Of a stretch of DNA of 64,000 bases, positions 1 to 14,400 are shown one piece after another. Position numbers and translations under genes: made by a program. How positions within the stretch are numbered: position 1 is the first letter of the stretch; every line of letters starts with the position of its first letter. The stretch covers positions 496,001-560,000 of the forward strand of contig CAXKVF010000076.1 of NCBI GenBank assembly GCA_964057225.1. Reading direction: 5' to 3'. This DNA comes from Auanema rhodensis. Taxonomy: Eukaryota > Animalia > Nematoda. Below the pieces are notes generated by a model. The model did no database searches. It saw nothing but the letters and a program-made list of their open reading frames with translations, and was not told where the DNA came from.

Positions 1-3000
1 TTAGCATAAATTAAAGTTCACGTAAATTTCAAAGTCATGGTTACCATGCACCAATATCAATAAAAATTTGTTTTTAGACTAATATGGACATGGGGAATCT
101 AATTTTGAAAACCGCATCTCTTTATCTTTCACGTGAAGCGAGTTACATACCAAGTGCACAGCACGTGTACATTTAATTAGCATAAATTAAAGTTCACGTA
201 AATTTCAAAGTCATGGTTACCATGCACCAATATCAATAAAAATTTGTTTTTAGACTAATATGGACATGGGGAATCTAATTTTGAAAACCGCATCTCTTTA
301 TCTTTCACGTGAAGCGAGTTACTTACCAAGTGCACATCACGTTTACATTTAATTAGCATAAATTAAAGTTCACGTAAATTTCAAAGTCATGGTTACCATG
401 AACCAATATCAATAAAAATTTGTTTTTAGACTAATATGGACATGGGGAATCTAATTTTGAAAACCGCATCTCTTTATCTTTCACGTGAAGCGAGTTACAT
501 ACCAAGTGCACATCACGTGTACATTTAATTAGCATAAATTAAAGTTCACGTAAATTTCAAAGTCATGGTTACCATGCACCAATATCAATAAAAATGTGTT
601 TTTAGACTAATATGGACATGGGGAATCTAATTTTGAAAACCGCATCTCTTTATCTTTCACGTGAAGCGAGTTACATACCAAGTGCACATCACGTGTACAT
701 TTAATTAGCATAAATTAAAGTTCACGTAAATTTCAAAGTCATGGTTACCATGCACCAATATCAATAAAAATTTGTTTTTAGACTAATATGGACATGGGGA
801 ATCTAATTTTGAAAACCGCATCTCTTTATCTTTCACGTGAAGCGAGTTACATACCAAGTGCACATCACGTGTACATTTAATTAGCATAAATTAAAGTTCA
901 CGTAAATTTCAAAGTCATGGTTACCATGAACCAATATCAATAAAAATTTGTTTTTAGACTAATATGTACATGGGGAATCTAATTTTGAAAACCGCATCTC
1001 TTTATCTTTCACGTTAAGCGAGTTACATACCAAGTGCACATCACGTGTACATTTAATTAGCATAAATTAAAGTTCACGTAAATTTCAAAGTCATGGTTAC
1101 CATGCACCAATATCAATAAAAATTTGTTTTTAGACTAATATGGACATGGGGAATCTAATTTTGAAAACCGCATCTCTTTATCTTTCACGTGAAGCGAGTT
1201 ACATACCAAGTGCACAGCACGTGTACATTTAATTAGCATAAATTAAAGTTCACGTAAATTTCAAAGTCATGGTTACCATGCACCAATATCAATAAAAATT
1301 TGTTTTTAGACTAATATGGACATGGGGAATCTAATTTTGAAAACCGCATCTCTTTATCTTTCACGTGAAGCGAGTTACTTACCAAGTGCACATCACGTTT
1401 ACATTTAATTAGCATAAATTAAAGTTCACGTAAATTTCAAAGTCATGGTTACCATGAACCAATATCAATAAAAATTTGTTTTTAGACTAATATGGACATG
1501 GGGAATCTAATTTTGAAAACCGCATCTCTTTATCTTTCACGTGAAGCGAGTTACATACCAAGTGCACATCACGTGTACATTTAATTAGCATAAATTAAAG
1601 TTCACGTAAATTTCAAAGTCATGGTTACCATGCACCAATATCAATAAAAATTTGTTTTTAGACTAATATGGACATGGGGAATCTAATTTTGAAAACCGCA
1701 TCTCTTTATCTTTCACGTGAAGCGAGTTACATACCAAGTGCACCTCACGTGTACATTTAATTAGCATAAATTAAAGTTCACGTAAATTTCAAAGTCATGG
1801 TTACCATGCACCAATATCAATAAAAATTTGTTTTTAGACTAATATGGACATGAGGAATCTAATTTTGAAAACCGCATCTCTTTATCTTTCACGTGAAGCG
1901 AGTTACATACCAAGTGCACATCACGTGTACATTTAATTAGCATAAATTAAAGTTCACGTAAATTTCAAAGTCATGGTTACCATGCACCAATATCAATAAA
2001 AATTTGTTTTTAGACTAATATGGACATGGGGAATCTAATTTTGAAAACCGCATCTCTTTATCTTTCACGTGAAGCGAGTTACATACCAAGTGCACAGCAC
2101 GTGTACATTTAATTAGCATAAATTAAAGTTCACGTAAATTTCAAAGTCATGGTTACCATGCACCAATATCAATAAAAATTTGTTTTTAGACTAATATGGA
2201 CATGGGGAATCTAATTTTGAAAACCGCATCTCTTTATCTTTCACGTGAAGCGAGTTACTTACCAAGTGCACATCACGTTTACATTTAATTAGCATAAATT
2301 AAAGTTCACGTAAATTTCAAAGTCATGGTTACCATGAACCAATATCAATAAAAATTTGTTTTTAGACTAATATGGACATGGGGAATCTAATTTTGAAAAC
2401 CGCATCTCTTTATCTTTCACGTGAAGCGAGTTACATACCAAGTGCACATCACGTGTACATTTAATTAGCATAAATTAAAGTTCACGTAAATTTCAAAGTC
2501 ATGGTTACCATGCACCAATATCAATAAAAATGTGTTTTTAGACTAATATGGACATGGGGAATCTAATTTTGAAAACCGCATCTCTTTATCTTTCACGTGA
2601 AGCGAGTTACATACCAAGTGCACATCACGTGTACATTTAATTAGCATAAATTAAAGTTCACGTAAATTTCAAAGTCATGGTTACCATGCACCAATATCAA
2701 TAAAAATTTGTTTTTAGACTAATATGGACATGGGGAATCTAATTTTGAAAACCGCATCTCTTTATCTTTCACGTGAAGCGAGTTACATACCAAGTGCACA
2801 TCACGTGTACATTTAATTAGCATAAATTAAAGTTCACGTAAATTTCAAAGTCATGGTTACCATGCACCAATATCAACAAAAATCTGTTTTTAGACTAATA
2901 TGTACATGGGGAATCTAATTTTGAAAACCGCATCTCTTTATCTTTCACGTTAAGCGAGTTACATACCAAGTGCACATCACGTGTACATTTAATTAGCATA

Positions 3001-4048
3001 AATTAAAGTTCACGTAAATTTCAAAGTCATGGTTACCATGCACCAATATCAATAAAAATTTGTTTTTAGACTAATATGGACATGGGGAATCTAATTTTGA
3101 AAACCGCATCTCTTTATCTTTCACGTGAAGCGAGTTACATACCAAGTGCACAGCACGTGTACATTTAATTAGCATAAATTAAAGTTCACGTAAATTTCAA
3201 AGTCATGGTTACCATGCACCAATATCAATAAAAATTTGTTTTTAGACTAATATGGACATGGGGAATCTAATTTTGAAAACCGCATCTCTTTATCTTTCAC
3301 GTGAAGCGAGTTACTTACCAAGTGCACATCACGTTTACATTTAATTAGCATAAATTAAAGTTCACGTAAATTTCAAAGTCATGGTTACCATGAACCAATA
3401 TCAATAAAAATTTGTTTTTAGACTAATATGGACATGGGGAATCTAATTTTGAAAACCGCATCTCTTTATCTTTCACGTGAAGCGAGTTACATACCAAGTG
3501 CACATCACGTGTACATTTAATTAGCATAAATTAAAGTTCACGTAAATTTCAAAGTCATGGTTACCATGCACCAATATCAATAAAAATTTGTTTTTAGACT
3601 AATATGGACATGGGGAATCTAATTTTGAAAACCGCATCTCTTTATCTTTCACGTGAAGCGAGTTACATACCAAGTGCACATCACGTGTACATTTAATTAG
3701 CATAAATTAAAGTTCACGTAAATTTCAAAGTCATGGTTACCATGCACCAATATCAATAAAAATTTGTTTTTAGACTAATATGGACATGGGGAATCTAATT
3801 TTGAAAACCGCATCTCTTTATCTTTCACGTGAAGCGAGTTACATACCAAGTGCACATCACGTGTACATTTAATTAGCATAAATTAAAGTTCACGTAAATT
3901 TCAAAGTCATGGTTACCATGAACCAATATCAATAAAAATTTGTTTTTAGACTAATATGTACATGGGGAATCTAATTTTGAAAACCGCATCTCTTTATCTT
4001 TCACGTTAAGCGAGTTACATACCAAGTGCACATCACGTGTACATTTAA
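1..4048. repeat. Local higher-order repeat of 6+5+6+6 monomer units (11-mer, 1936 bp)
   Basis: The triplet [T161G][A147T+G167T][C49A] starts at 1, 1057, 1937 and 2993. The T68G monomer lies at 529 and 2465, 1936 bp apart. G87T+G135T monomers lie at 881, 2817 and 3873. Confidence 0.85.
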
Positions 4049-6863
4049 TTAGCATAAATTAAAGTTCACGTAAATTTCAAAGTCATGGTTACCATGAAGC
4101 AATATCAATAAAAATTTGTTTTTAGACTAATATGGACATGGGGAATCTAATTTTGAAAACCGCATCTCTTTATCTTTCACGTGAAGCGAGTTACATACCA
4201 AGTGCACATCACGTGTACATTTAATCAGCATAAATTAAAGTTCACGTAAATTTCAAAGTCATTGTTACCATGCACCAATATCAATAAAAATTTGTTTTTA
4301 GACTAATATGGACATGGGGAATCTAATTTTGAAAACCGCATCTCTTTATCTTTCACGTGAAGCGAGTTACATATCAAGTGCACATCACGTGTACATTTAA
4401 TTAGCATAAATTAAAGTTCACGTAAATTTCAAAGTCATGGTTACCATGAAGCAATATCAATAAAAATTTGTTTTTAGACTAATATGGACATGGGGAATCT
4501 AATTTTGAAAACCGCATCTCTTTATCTTTCACGTGAAGCGAGTTACATACCAAGTGCACATCACGTGTACATTTAATTAGCATAAATTAAAGTTCACGTA
4601 AATTTCAAAGTCATGGTTACCATGCACCAATATCAACAAAAATCTGTTTTTAGACTAATATGGACATGGGGAATCTAATTTTGAAAACCGCATCTCTTTA
4701 TCTTTCACGTGAAGCGAGTTACATACCGAGTGCACATCACGTGTACATTTAATTAGCATAAATTAAAGTTCACGTAAATTTCAAAGTCATGGTTACCATG
4801 CACCAATATCAATAAAAATTTGTTTTTAGACTAATATGGACATGGGGAATCTAATTTTGAAAACCGCATCTCTTTATCTTTCACGTGAAGCGAGTTACAT
4901 ATCAAGTGCACATCACGTGTACATTTAATTAGCATAAATTAAAGTTCACGTAAATTTCAAAGTCATGGTTACCATTAACCAATATCAATAAAAATTTGTT
5001 TTTAGACTAATATGGACATGGGGAATCTAATTTTGAAAACCGCATCTCTTTATCTTTCAAGTGAAGCGAGTTACATACCAAGTGCACATCACGTGTACAT
5101 TTAATTAGCATAAATTAAAGTTCACGTAAATTTCAAAGTCATGGTTACCATGCACCAATATCAATAAAAATTTGTTTTTAGACTAATATGGACATGGGGA
5201 ATCTAATTTTGAAAACCGCATCTCTTTATCTTTCACGTGAAGCGAGTTACATACCAAGTGCACATCACGTGTACATTTAATTAGCATAAATTAAAGTACA
5301 CGTAAATTTCAAAGTCATGGTTACCATGCACCAATATCATAAAAATTGGTTTTTAGACTAATATGGACATGAGGAATCTAATTTTGAAAACCGCATCTCT
5401 TTATCTTTCACGTGAAGCGAGTTACATACCAAGTGCACATCACGTGTACATTTAATTAGCATAAATTAAAGTTCACGTAAATTTCAAAGTCATGGTTACC
5501 ATGCACCAATATCAATAAAAATTTGTTTTTAGACTAATATGGACATGGGGAATCTAATTTTGAAAACCGCATCTCTTTATATTTCACGTGAAGCGAGTTA
5601 CATACCAAGTGCACATCACGTGTACATTTAATTAGCATAAATTAAAGTTCACGTAAATTTCAAAGTCATGGTTACCATGCACCAATATCAATAAAAATTT
5701 GTTTTTAGACTAATATGGACATGGGGAATCTAATTTTGAAAACCGCATCTCTTTATCTTTCACGTGAAGCGAGTTACATATCAAGTGCACATCACGTGTA
5801 CATTTAATTAGCATAAATTAAAGTTCACGTAAATTTCAAAGTCATGGTTACCATTAACCAATATCAATAAAAATTTGTTTTTAGACTAATATGGACATGG
5901 GGAATCTAATTTTGAAAACCGCATTTCTTTATCTTTCACGTGAAGCGAGTTACATACCAAGTGCACATCACGTGTACATTTAATTAGCATAAATTAAAGT
6001 TCACGTAAATTTCAAAGTCATGGTTACCATGCACCAATATCAATAAAAATTTGTTTTTAGACTAATATGGACATGGGGAATCTAATTTTGAAAACCGCAT
6101 CTCTTTATCTTTCACGTCAAGCGAGTTACATATCAAGTGCACATCACGTGTACATTTAATTAGCATAAATTAAAGTTCACGTAAATTTCAAAGTCATGGT
6201 TACCATTAACCAATATCAATAAAAATTTGTTTTTAGACTAATATGGACATGGGGAATCTAATTTTGAAAACCGCATCTCTTTATCTTTCACGTGAAGCGA
6301 GTTACATACCAAGTGCACATCACGTGTACATTTAATTAGCATAAATTAAAGTTCACGTAAATTTCAAAGTCATGGTTACCATGCACCAATATCAATAAAA
6401 ATTTGTTTTTAGACTAATATGGACATGGGGAATCTAATTTTGAAAACCGCATCTCTTTATCTTTCACGTGAAGCGAGTTACATACCAAGTGCACATCACG
6501 TGTACATTTAATTAGCATAAATTAAAGTTCACGTAAATTTCAAAGTCATGGTTACCATGAACCAATATCAATAAAAATTTGTTTTTAGACTAATATGTAC
6601 ATGGGGAATCTAATTTTGAAAACCGCATCTCTTTATCTTTCACGTGAAGCGAGTTACATACCAAGTGCACATCACGTGTACATTTAATTAGCATAAATTA
6701 AAGTTCACGTAAATTTCAAAGTCATGGTTACCATGCACCAATATCAATAAAAATCTGTTTTTAGACTAATATGGACATGGGGGATCTAATTTTGAAAACC
6801 GCATCTCTTTATCTTTCACGTGAAGCGAGTTACATACCAAGTGCACATCACGTGTACATTTAA

Positions 6864-7919
6864 TTAGCATAAATTAAAGTTCACGTAAATTTCAAAGTCA
6901 TGGTTACCATGCACCAATATCAATAAAAATTTGTTTTTAGACTAATATGGACATGGGGAATCTAATTTTGAAAACCGCATCTCTTTATCTTTCACGTCAA
7001 GCGAGTTACATATCAAGTGCACATCACGTGTACATTTAATTAGCATAAATTAAAGTTCACGTAAATTTCAAAGTCATGGTTACCATGAACCAATATCAAT
7101 AAAAATTTGTTTTTAGACTAATATGGACATGGGGAATCTAATTTTGAAAACCGCATCTCTTTATCTTTCACGTGAAGCGAGTTACATACCAAGTGCACAT
7201 CACGTGTACATTTAATTAGCATAAATTAAAGTTCACGTAAATTTCAAAGTCATGGTTACCATGCACCAATATCAATAAAAATTTGTTTTTAGACTAATAT
7301 GGACATGGGGAATCTAATTTTGAAAACCGCATCTCTTTATCTTCCACGTGAAGCGAGTTACATACCAAGTGCACATCACGTGTACATTTAATTAGCATAA
7401 ATTAAAGTTCACGTAAATTTCAAAGTCATGGTTACCATGCACCAATATCAATAAAAATTTGTTTTTAGACTAATATGGACATGGGGAATCTAATTTTGAA
7501 AACCGCATCTCTTTATCTTTCACGTCAAGCGAGTTACATATCAAGTGCACATCACGTGTACATTTAATTAGCATAAATTAAAGTTCACGTAAATTTCAAA
7601 GTCATGGTTACCATGAACCAATATCAATAAAAATTTGTTTTTAGACTAATATGGACATGGGGAATCTAATTTTGAAAACCGCATCTCTTTATCTTTCACG
7701 TGAAGCGAGTTACATACCAAGTGCACATCACGTGTACATTTAATTAGCATAAATTAAAGTTCACGTAAATTTCAAAGTCATGGTTACCATGCACCAATAT
7801 CAATAAAAATTTGTTTTTAGACTAATATGGACATGGGGAATCTAATTTTGAAAACCGCATCTCTTTATCTTCCACGTGAAGCGAGTTACATACCAAGTGC
7901 ACATCACGTGTACATTTAA
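6864..7919. repeat. 3-mer tandem duplication (2 x 528 bp)
   Basis: [G135C+C150T][C49A][T129C] at 6864 and again at 7392. Confidence 0.85.
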
Positions 7920-10900
7920 TTAGCATAAATTAAAGTTCACGTAAATTTCAAAGTCATGGTTACCATGAACCAATATCAATAAAAATTTGTTTTTAGACTA
8001 ATATGTACATGGGGAATCTAATTTTGAAAACCGCATCTCTTTATCTTTCACGTGAAGCGAGTTACATACCAAGTGCACATCACGTGTACATTTAATTAGC
8101 ATAAATTAAAGTTCACGTAAATTTCAAAGTCATGGTTACCATGCACCAATATCAATAAAAATTTGTTTTTAGACTAATATGGACATGGGGAATCAAAGTT
8201 TGAAAACCGCATCTCTTTATCTTTCACGTGAAGCGAGTTACATACCAAGTGCACATCACGTGTACATTTAATTAGCATAAATTAAAGTTCACGTAAATTT
8301 CAAAGTCATGGTTACCATGAACCAATATCAATAAAAATTTGTTTTTAGACTAATATGGACATGGGGAATCTAATTTTGAAAACCGCATCACTTTATCTTT
8401 CACGTGAAGCGAGTTACATACCAAGTGCGCATCACGTGTACATTTAATTAGCATAAATTAAAGTTCACGTAAATTTCAAAGTCATGGTTACCATGCACCA
8501 ATATCAATAAAAATTTGTTTTTAGACTAATATGGACATGGGGAATCTAATTTTGAAAACCGCATCTCTTTATCTTTCACGTGAAGCGAGTTACATACCAA
8601 GTGCACATCACGTGTACATTTAATTAGCATAAATTAAAGTTCACGTAAATTTCAAAGTCATGGTTACCATGCACCAATATCAATAAAAATCTGTTTTTAG
8701 ACTAATATGGACATGGGGAATCTAATTTTGAAAACCGCATCTCTTTATCTTTCACGTGAAGCGAGTTACATACCAAGTGCACATCACGTGTACATTTAAT
8801 TAGCATAAATTAAAGTTCACGTAAATTTCAAAGTCATGGTTACCATGCACCAATATCAATAAAAATCTGTTTTTAGACTAATATGGACATGGGGAATCTA
8901 ATTTTGAAAACCGCATCTCTTTATCTTTCACGTGAAGCGAGTTACATACCAAGTGCACATCACGTGTACATTTAATTAGCATAAATTAAAGTTCACGTAA
9001 ATTTCAAAGTCATGGTTACCATGCACCAATATCAATAAAAATTTGTTTTTAGACTAATATGGACATGGGGAATCTAATTTTGAAAACCGCATCTCTTTAT
9101 CTTTCACGTGAAGCGAGTTACATATCAAGTGCACATCACGTGTACATTTAATTAGCATAAATTAAAGTTCACGTAAATTTCAAAGTCATGGTTACCATTA
9201 ACCAATATCAATAAAAATTTGTTTTTAGACTAATATGGACATGGGGAATCTAATTTTGAAAACCGCATCTCTTTATCTTTCAAGTGAAGCGAGTTACATA
9301 CCAAGTGCACATCACGTGTACATTTAATTAGCATAAATTAAAGTTCACGTAAATTTCAAAGTCATGGTTACCATGCACCAATATCAATAAAAATTTGTTT
9401 TTAGACTAATATGGACATGGGGAATCTAATTTTGAAAACCGCATCTCTTTATCTTTCACGTGAAGCGAGTTACATACCAAGTGCACATCACGTGTACATT
9501 TAATTAGCATAAATTAAAGTTCACGTAAATTTCAAAGTCATGGTTACCATGCACCAATATCATAAAAATTGGTTTTTAGACTAATATGGACATGAGGAAT
9601 CTAATTTTGAAAACCGCATCTCTTTATCTTTCACGTGAAGCGAGTTACATACCAAGTGCACATCACGTGTACATTTAATTAGCATAAATTAAAGTTCACG
9701 TAAATTTCAAAGTCATGGTTACCATGCACCAATATCAATAAAAATTTGTTTTTAGACTAATATGGACATGGGGAATCTAATTTTGAAAACCGCATCACTT
9801 TATCTTTCACGTGAAGCGAGTTACATACCAAGTGCACATCACGTGTACATTTAATTAGCATAAATTAAAGTTCACGTAAATTTCAAAGTCATGGTTACCA
9901 TGCACCAATATCAATAAAAATTTGTTTTTAGACTAATATGGACATGGGGAATCTAATTTTGAAAACCGCATCTCTTTATCTTTCACGTGAAGCGAGTTAC
10001 ATACCAAGTGCACATCACGTGTACATTTAATTAGCATAAATTAAAGTTCACGTAAATTTCAAAGTCATGGTTACCATGCACCAATATCAATAAAAATCTG
10101 TTTTTAGACTAATATGGACATGGGGAATCTAATTTTGAAAACCGCATCTCTTAATCTTTCACGTGAAGCGAGTTACATACCAAGTGCACATCACGTGTAC
10201 ATTTAATTAGCATAAATTAAAGTTCACGTAAATTTCAAAGTCATGGTTACCATGCACCAATATCAATAAAAATTTGTTTTTAGACTAATATGGACATGGG
10301 GAATCTAATTTTGAAAACCGCATCTCTTTATCTTTCACGTGAAGCGAGTTACATATCAAGTGCACATCACGTGTACATTTAATTAGCATAAATTAAAGTT
10401 CACGTAAATTTCAAAGTCATGGTTACCATTAACCAATATCAATAAAAATTTGTTTTTAGACTAATATGGACATGGGGAATCTAATTTTGAAAACCGCATC
10501 TCTTTATCTTTCACGTGAAGCGAGTTACATATCAAGTGCACATCACGTGTACATTTAATTAGCATAAATTAAAGTTCACGTAAATTTCAAAGTCATGGTT
10601 ACCATGCACCAATATCAATAAAAATTTGTTTTTAGACTAATATGGACATGGGGAATCTAATTTTGAAAACCGCATCTCTTTATCTTTCACGTGAAGCGAG
10701 TTACATATCAAGTGCACATCACGTGTACATTTAATTAGCATAAATTAAAGTTCACGTAAATTTCAAAGTCATGGTTACCATTAACCAATATCAATAAAAA
10801 TTTGTTTTTAGACTAATATGGACATGGGGAATCTAATTTTGAAAACCGCATCTCTTTATCTTTCACGTGAAGCGAGTTACATATCAAGTGCACATCACGT

Positions 10901-11438
10901 GTACATTTAATTAGCATAAATTAAAGTTCACGTAAATTTCAAAGTCATGGTTACCATGCACCAATATCAATAAAAATTTGTTTTTAGACTAATATGGACA
11001 TGGGGAATCTAATTTTGAAAACCGCATCTCTTTATCTTTCACGTGAAGCGAGTTACATATCAAGTGCACATCACGTGTACATTTAATTAGCATAAATTAA
11101 AGTTCACGTAAATTTCAAAGTCATGGTTACCATTAACCAATATCAATAAAAATTTGTTTTTAGACTAATATGGACATGGGGAATCTAATTTTGAAAACCG
11201 CATCTCTTTATCTTTCACGTGAAGCGAGTTACATACCAAGTGCACATCACGTGTACATTTAATTAGCATAAATTAAAGTTCACGTAAATTTCAAAGTCAT
11301 GGTTACCATGCACCAATATCAATAAAAATTTGTTTTTAGACTAATATGGACATGGGGAATCTAATTTTGAAAACCGCATCTCTTTATCTTTCACGTGAAG
11401 CGAGTTACATACCAAGTGCACATCACGTGTACATTTAA

Positions 11439-14400
11439 TTAGCATAAATTAAAGTTCACGTAAATTTCAAAGTCATGGTTACCATGAACCAATATCAATA
11501 AAAATTTGTTTTTAGACTAATATGGACATGGGGAATCTAATTTTGAAAACCGCATCACTTTATCTTTCACGTGAAGCGAGTTACATACCAAGTGCACATC
11601 ACGTGTACATTTAATTAGCATAAATTAAAGTTCACGTAAATTTCAAAGTCATGGTTACCATGCACCAATATCAATAAAAATTTGTTTTTAGACTAATATG
11701 GACATGGGGAATCTAATTTTGAAAACCGCATCACTTTATCTTTCACGTGAAGCGAGTTACATACCAAGTGCACATCACGTGTACATTTAATTAGCATAAA
11801 TTAAAGTTCACGTAAATTTCAAAGTCATGGTTACCATGCACCAATATCAATAAAAATTTGTTTTTAGACTAATATGGACATGGGGAATCTAATTTTGAAA
11901 ACCGCATCTCTTTATCTTTCACGTGAAGCGAGTTACATACCAAGTGCACATCACGTGTACATTTAATTAGCATAAATTAAAGTTCACGTAAATTTCAAAG
12001 TCATGGTTACCATGCACCAATATCAATAAAAATCTGTTTTTAGACTAATATGGACATGGGGAATCTAATTTTGAAAACCGCATCTCTTTATCTTTCACGT
12101 GAAGCGAGTTACATACCAAGTGCACATCACGTGTACATTTAATTAGCATAAATTAAAGTTCACGTAAATTTCAAAGTCATGGTTACCATGAACCAATATC
12201 AATAAAAATTTGTTTTTAGACTAATATGGACATGGGGAATCTAATTTTGAAAACCGCATCTCTTTATCTTTCACGTGAAGCGAGTTACATACCAAGTGCA
12301 CATCACGTGTACATTTAATTAGCATAAATTAAAGTTCACGTAAATTTCAAAGTCATGGTTACCATGCACCAATATCAATAAAAATTTGTTTTTAGACTAA
12401 TATGGACATGGGGAATCTAATTTTGAAAACCGCATCTCTTTATCTTCCACGTGAAGCGAGTTACATACCAAGTGCACATCACGTGTACATTTAATTAGCA
12501 TAAATTAAAGTTCACGTAAATTTCAAAGTCATGGTTACCATGAACCAATATCAATAAAAATTTGTTTTTAGACTAATATGTACATGGGGAATCTAATTTT
12601 GAAAACCGCATCTCTTTATCTTTCACGTGAAGCGAGTTACATACCAAGTGCACATCACGTGTACATTTAATTAGCATAAATTAAAGTTCACGTAAATTTC
12701 AAAGTCATGGTTACCATGCACCAATATCAATAAAAATTTGTTTTTAGACTAATATGGACATGGGGAATCTAATTTTGAAAACCGCATCTCTTTATCTTTC
12801 ACGTGAAGCGAGTTACATATCAAGTGCACATCACGTGTACATTTAATTAGCATAAATTAAAGTTCACGTAAATTTCAAAGTCATGGTTACCATTAACCAT
12901 CATCAATAAAAATTTGTTTTTAGACTAATATGGACATGGGGAATCTAATTTTGAAAACCGCATTTCTTTATCTTTCACGTGAAGCGAGTTACATACCAAG
13001 TGCACATCACGTGTACATTTAATTAGCATAAATTAAAGTTCACGTAAATTTCAAAGTCATGGTTACCATTCACCAATATCAATAAAAATTTGTTTTTAGA
13101 CTAATATGGACATGAGGAATCTAATTTTGAAAACCGCATCTCTTTATCTTTCACGTGAAGCGAGTTACATACCAAGTGCACATCACGTGTACATTTAATT
13201 AGCATAAATTAAAGTTCACGTAAATTTCAAAGTCATGGTTACCATGCACCAATATCAATAAAAATTTGTTTTTAGACTAATATGGACATGGGGAATCTAA
13301 TTTTGAAAACCGCATCTCTTTATATTTCACGTGAAGCGAGTTACATACCAAGTGCACATCACGTGTACATTTAATTAGCATAAATTAAAGTTCACGTAAA
13401 TTTCAAAGTCATGGTTACCATGCACCAATATCAATAAAAATTTGTTTTTAGACTAATATGGACATGGGGAATCTAATTTTGAAAACCGCATCTCTTTATC
13501 TTCCACGTGAAGCGAGTTACATACCAAGTGCACATCACGTGTACATTTAATTAGCATAAATTAAAGTTCACGTAAATTTCAAAGTCATGGTTACCATGAA
13601 CCAATATCAATAAAAATTTGTTTTTAGACTAATATGGACATGGGGAATCTAATTTTGAAAACCGCATCTCTTTATCTTCCACGTGAAGCGAGTTACATAC
13701 CAAGTGCACATCACGTGTACATTTAATTAGCATAAATTAAAGTTCACGTAAATTTCAAAGTCATGGTTACCATGAACCAATATCAATAAAAATTTGTTTT
13801 TAGACTAATATGGACATGGGGAATCTAATTTTGAAAACCGCATCACTTTATCTTTCACGTGAAGCGAGTTACATACCAAGTGCACATCACGTGTACATTT
13901 AATTAGCATAAATTAAAGTTCACGTAAATTTCAAAGTCATGGTTACCATGCACCAATATCAATAAAAATTTGTTTTTAGACTAATATGGACATGGGGAAT
14001 CTAATTTTGAAAACCGCATCTCTTTATCTTTCACGTGAAGCGAGTTACATACCAAGTGCACATCACGTGTACATTTAATTAGCATAAATTAAAGTTCACG
14101 TAAATTTCAAAGTCATGGTTACCATGCACCAATATCAATAAAAATCTGTTTTTAGACTAATATGGACATGGGGAATCTAATTTTGAAAACCGCATCTCTT
14201 TATCTTTCACGTGAAGCGAGTTACATACCAAGTGCACATCACGTGTACATTTAATTAGCATAAATTAAAGTTCACGTAAATTTCAAAGTCATGGTTACCA
14301 TGCACCAATATCAATAAAAATTTGTTTTTAGACTAATATGGACATGGGGAATCTAATTTTGAAAACCGCATCTCTTTATCTTTCACGTGAAGCGAGTTAC

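Noticed and set aside
59-64. AATAAA polyadenylation-like signal and promoter-like AT motifs in each monomer
   Set aside because: These are expected by chance at 68% AT and there is no associated gene.
1-176. Identity with known satellites of similar size (Brassica CentBr, Arabidopsis CEN178, honeybee AluI repeat, alpha satellite)
   Set aside because: Only the length is similar. The consensus has no HindIII (AAGCTT) or AluI (AGCT) site and I recognise no sequence similarity. A database search is needed to settle this.
1-176. Tandem RNA gene (5S rRNA, tRNA, snRNA or spliced leader) or telomeric repeat
   Set aside because: I found no recognisable 5S or tRNA sequence, cloverleaf, Pol III A/B boxes or short telomeric repeat runs.
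1-176. Internal sub-repeat or 10-bp phased A-tract curvature
   Set aside because: TCACGT (18, 129, 161) and CATG recurrences are unevenly spaced, and the A/T tracts are not convincingly phased by eye. It is unsupported without an autocorrelation analysis.
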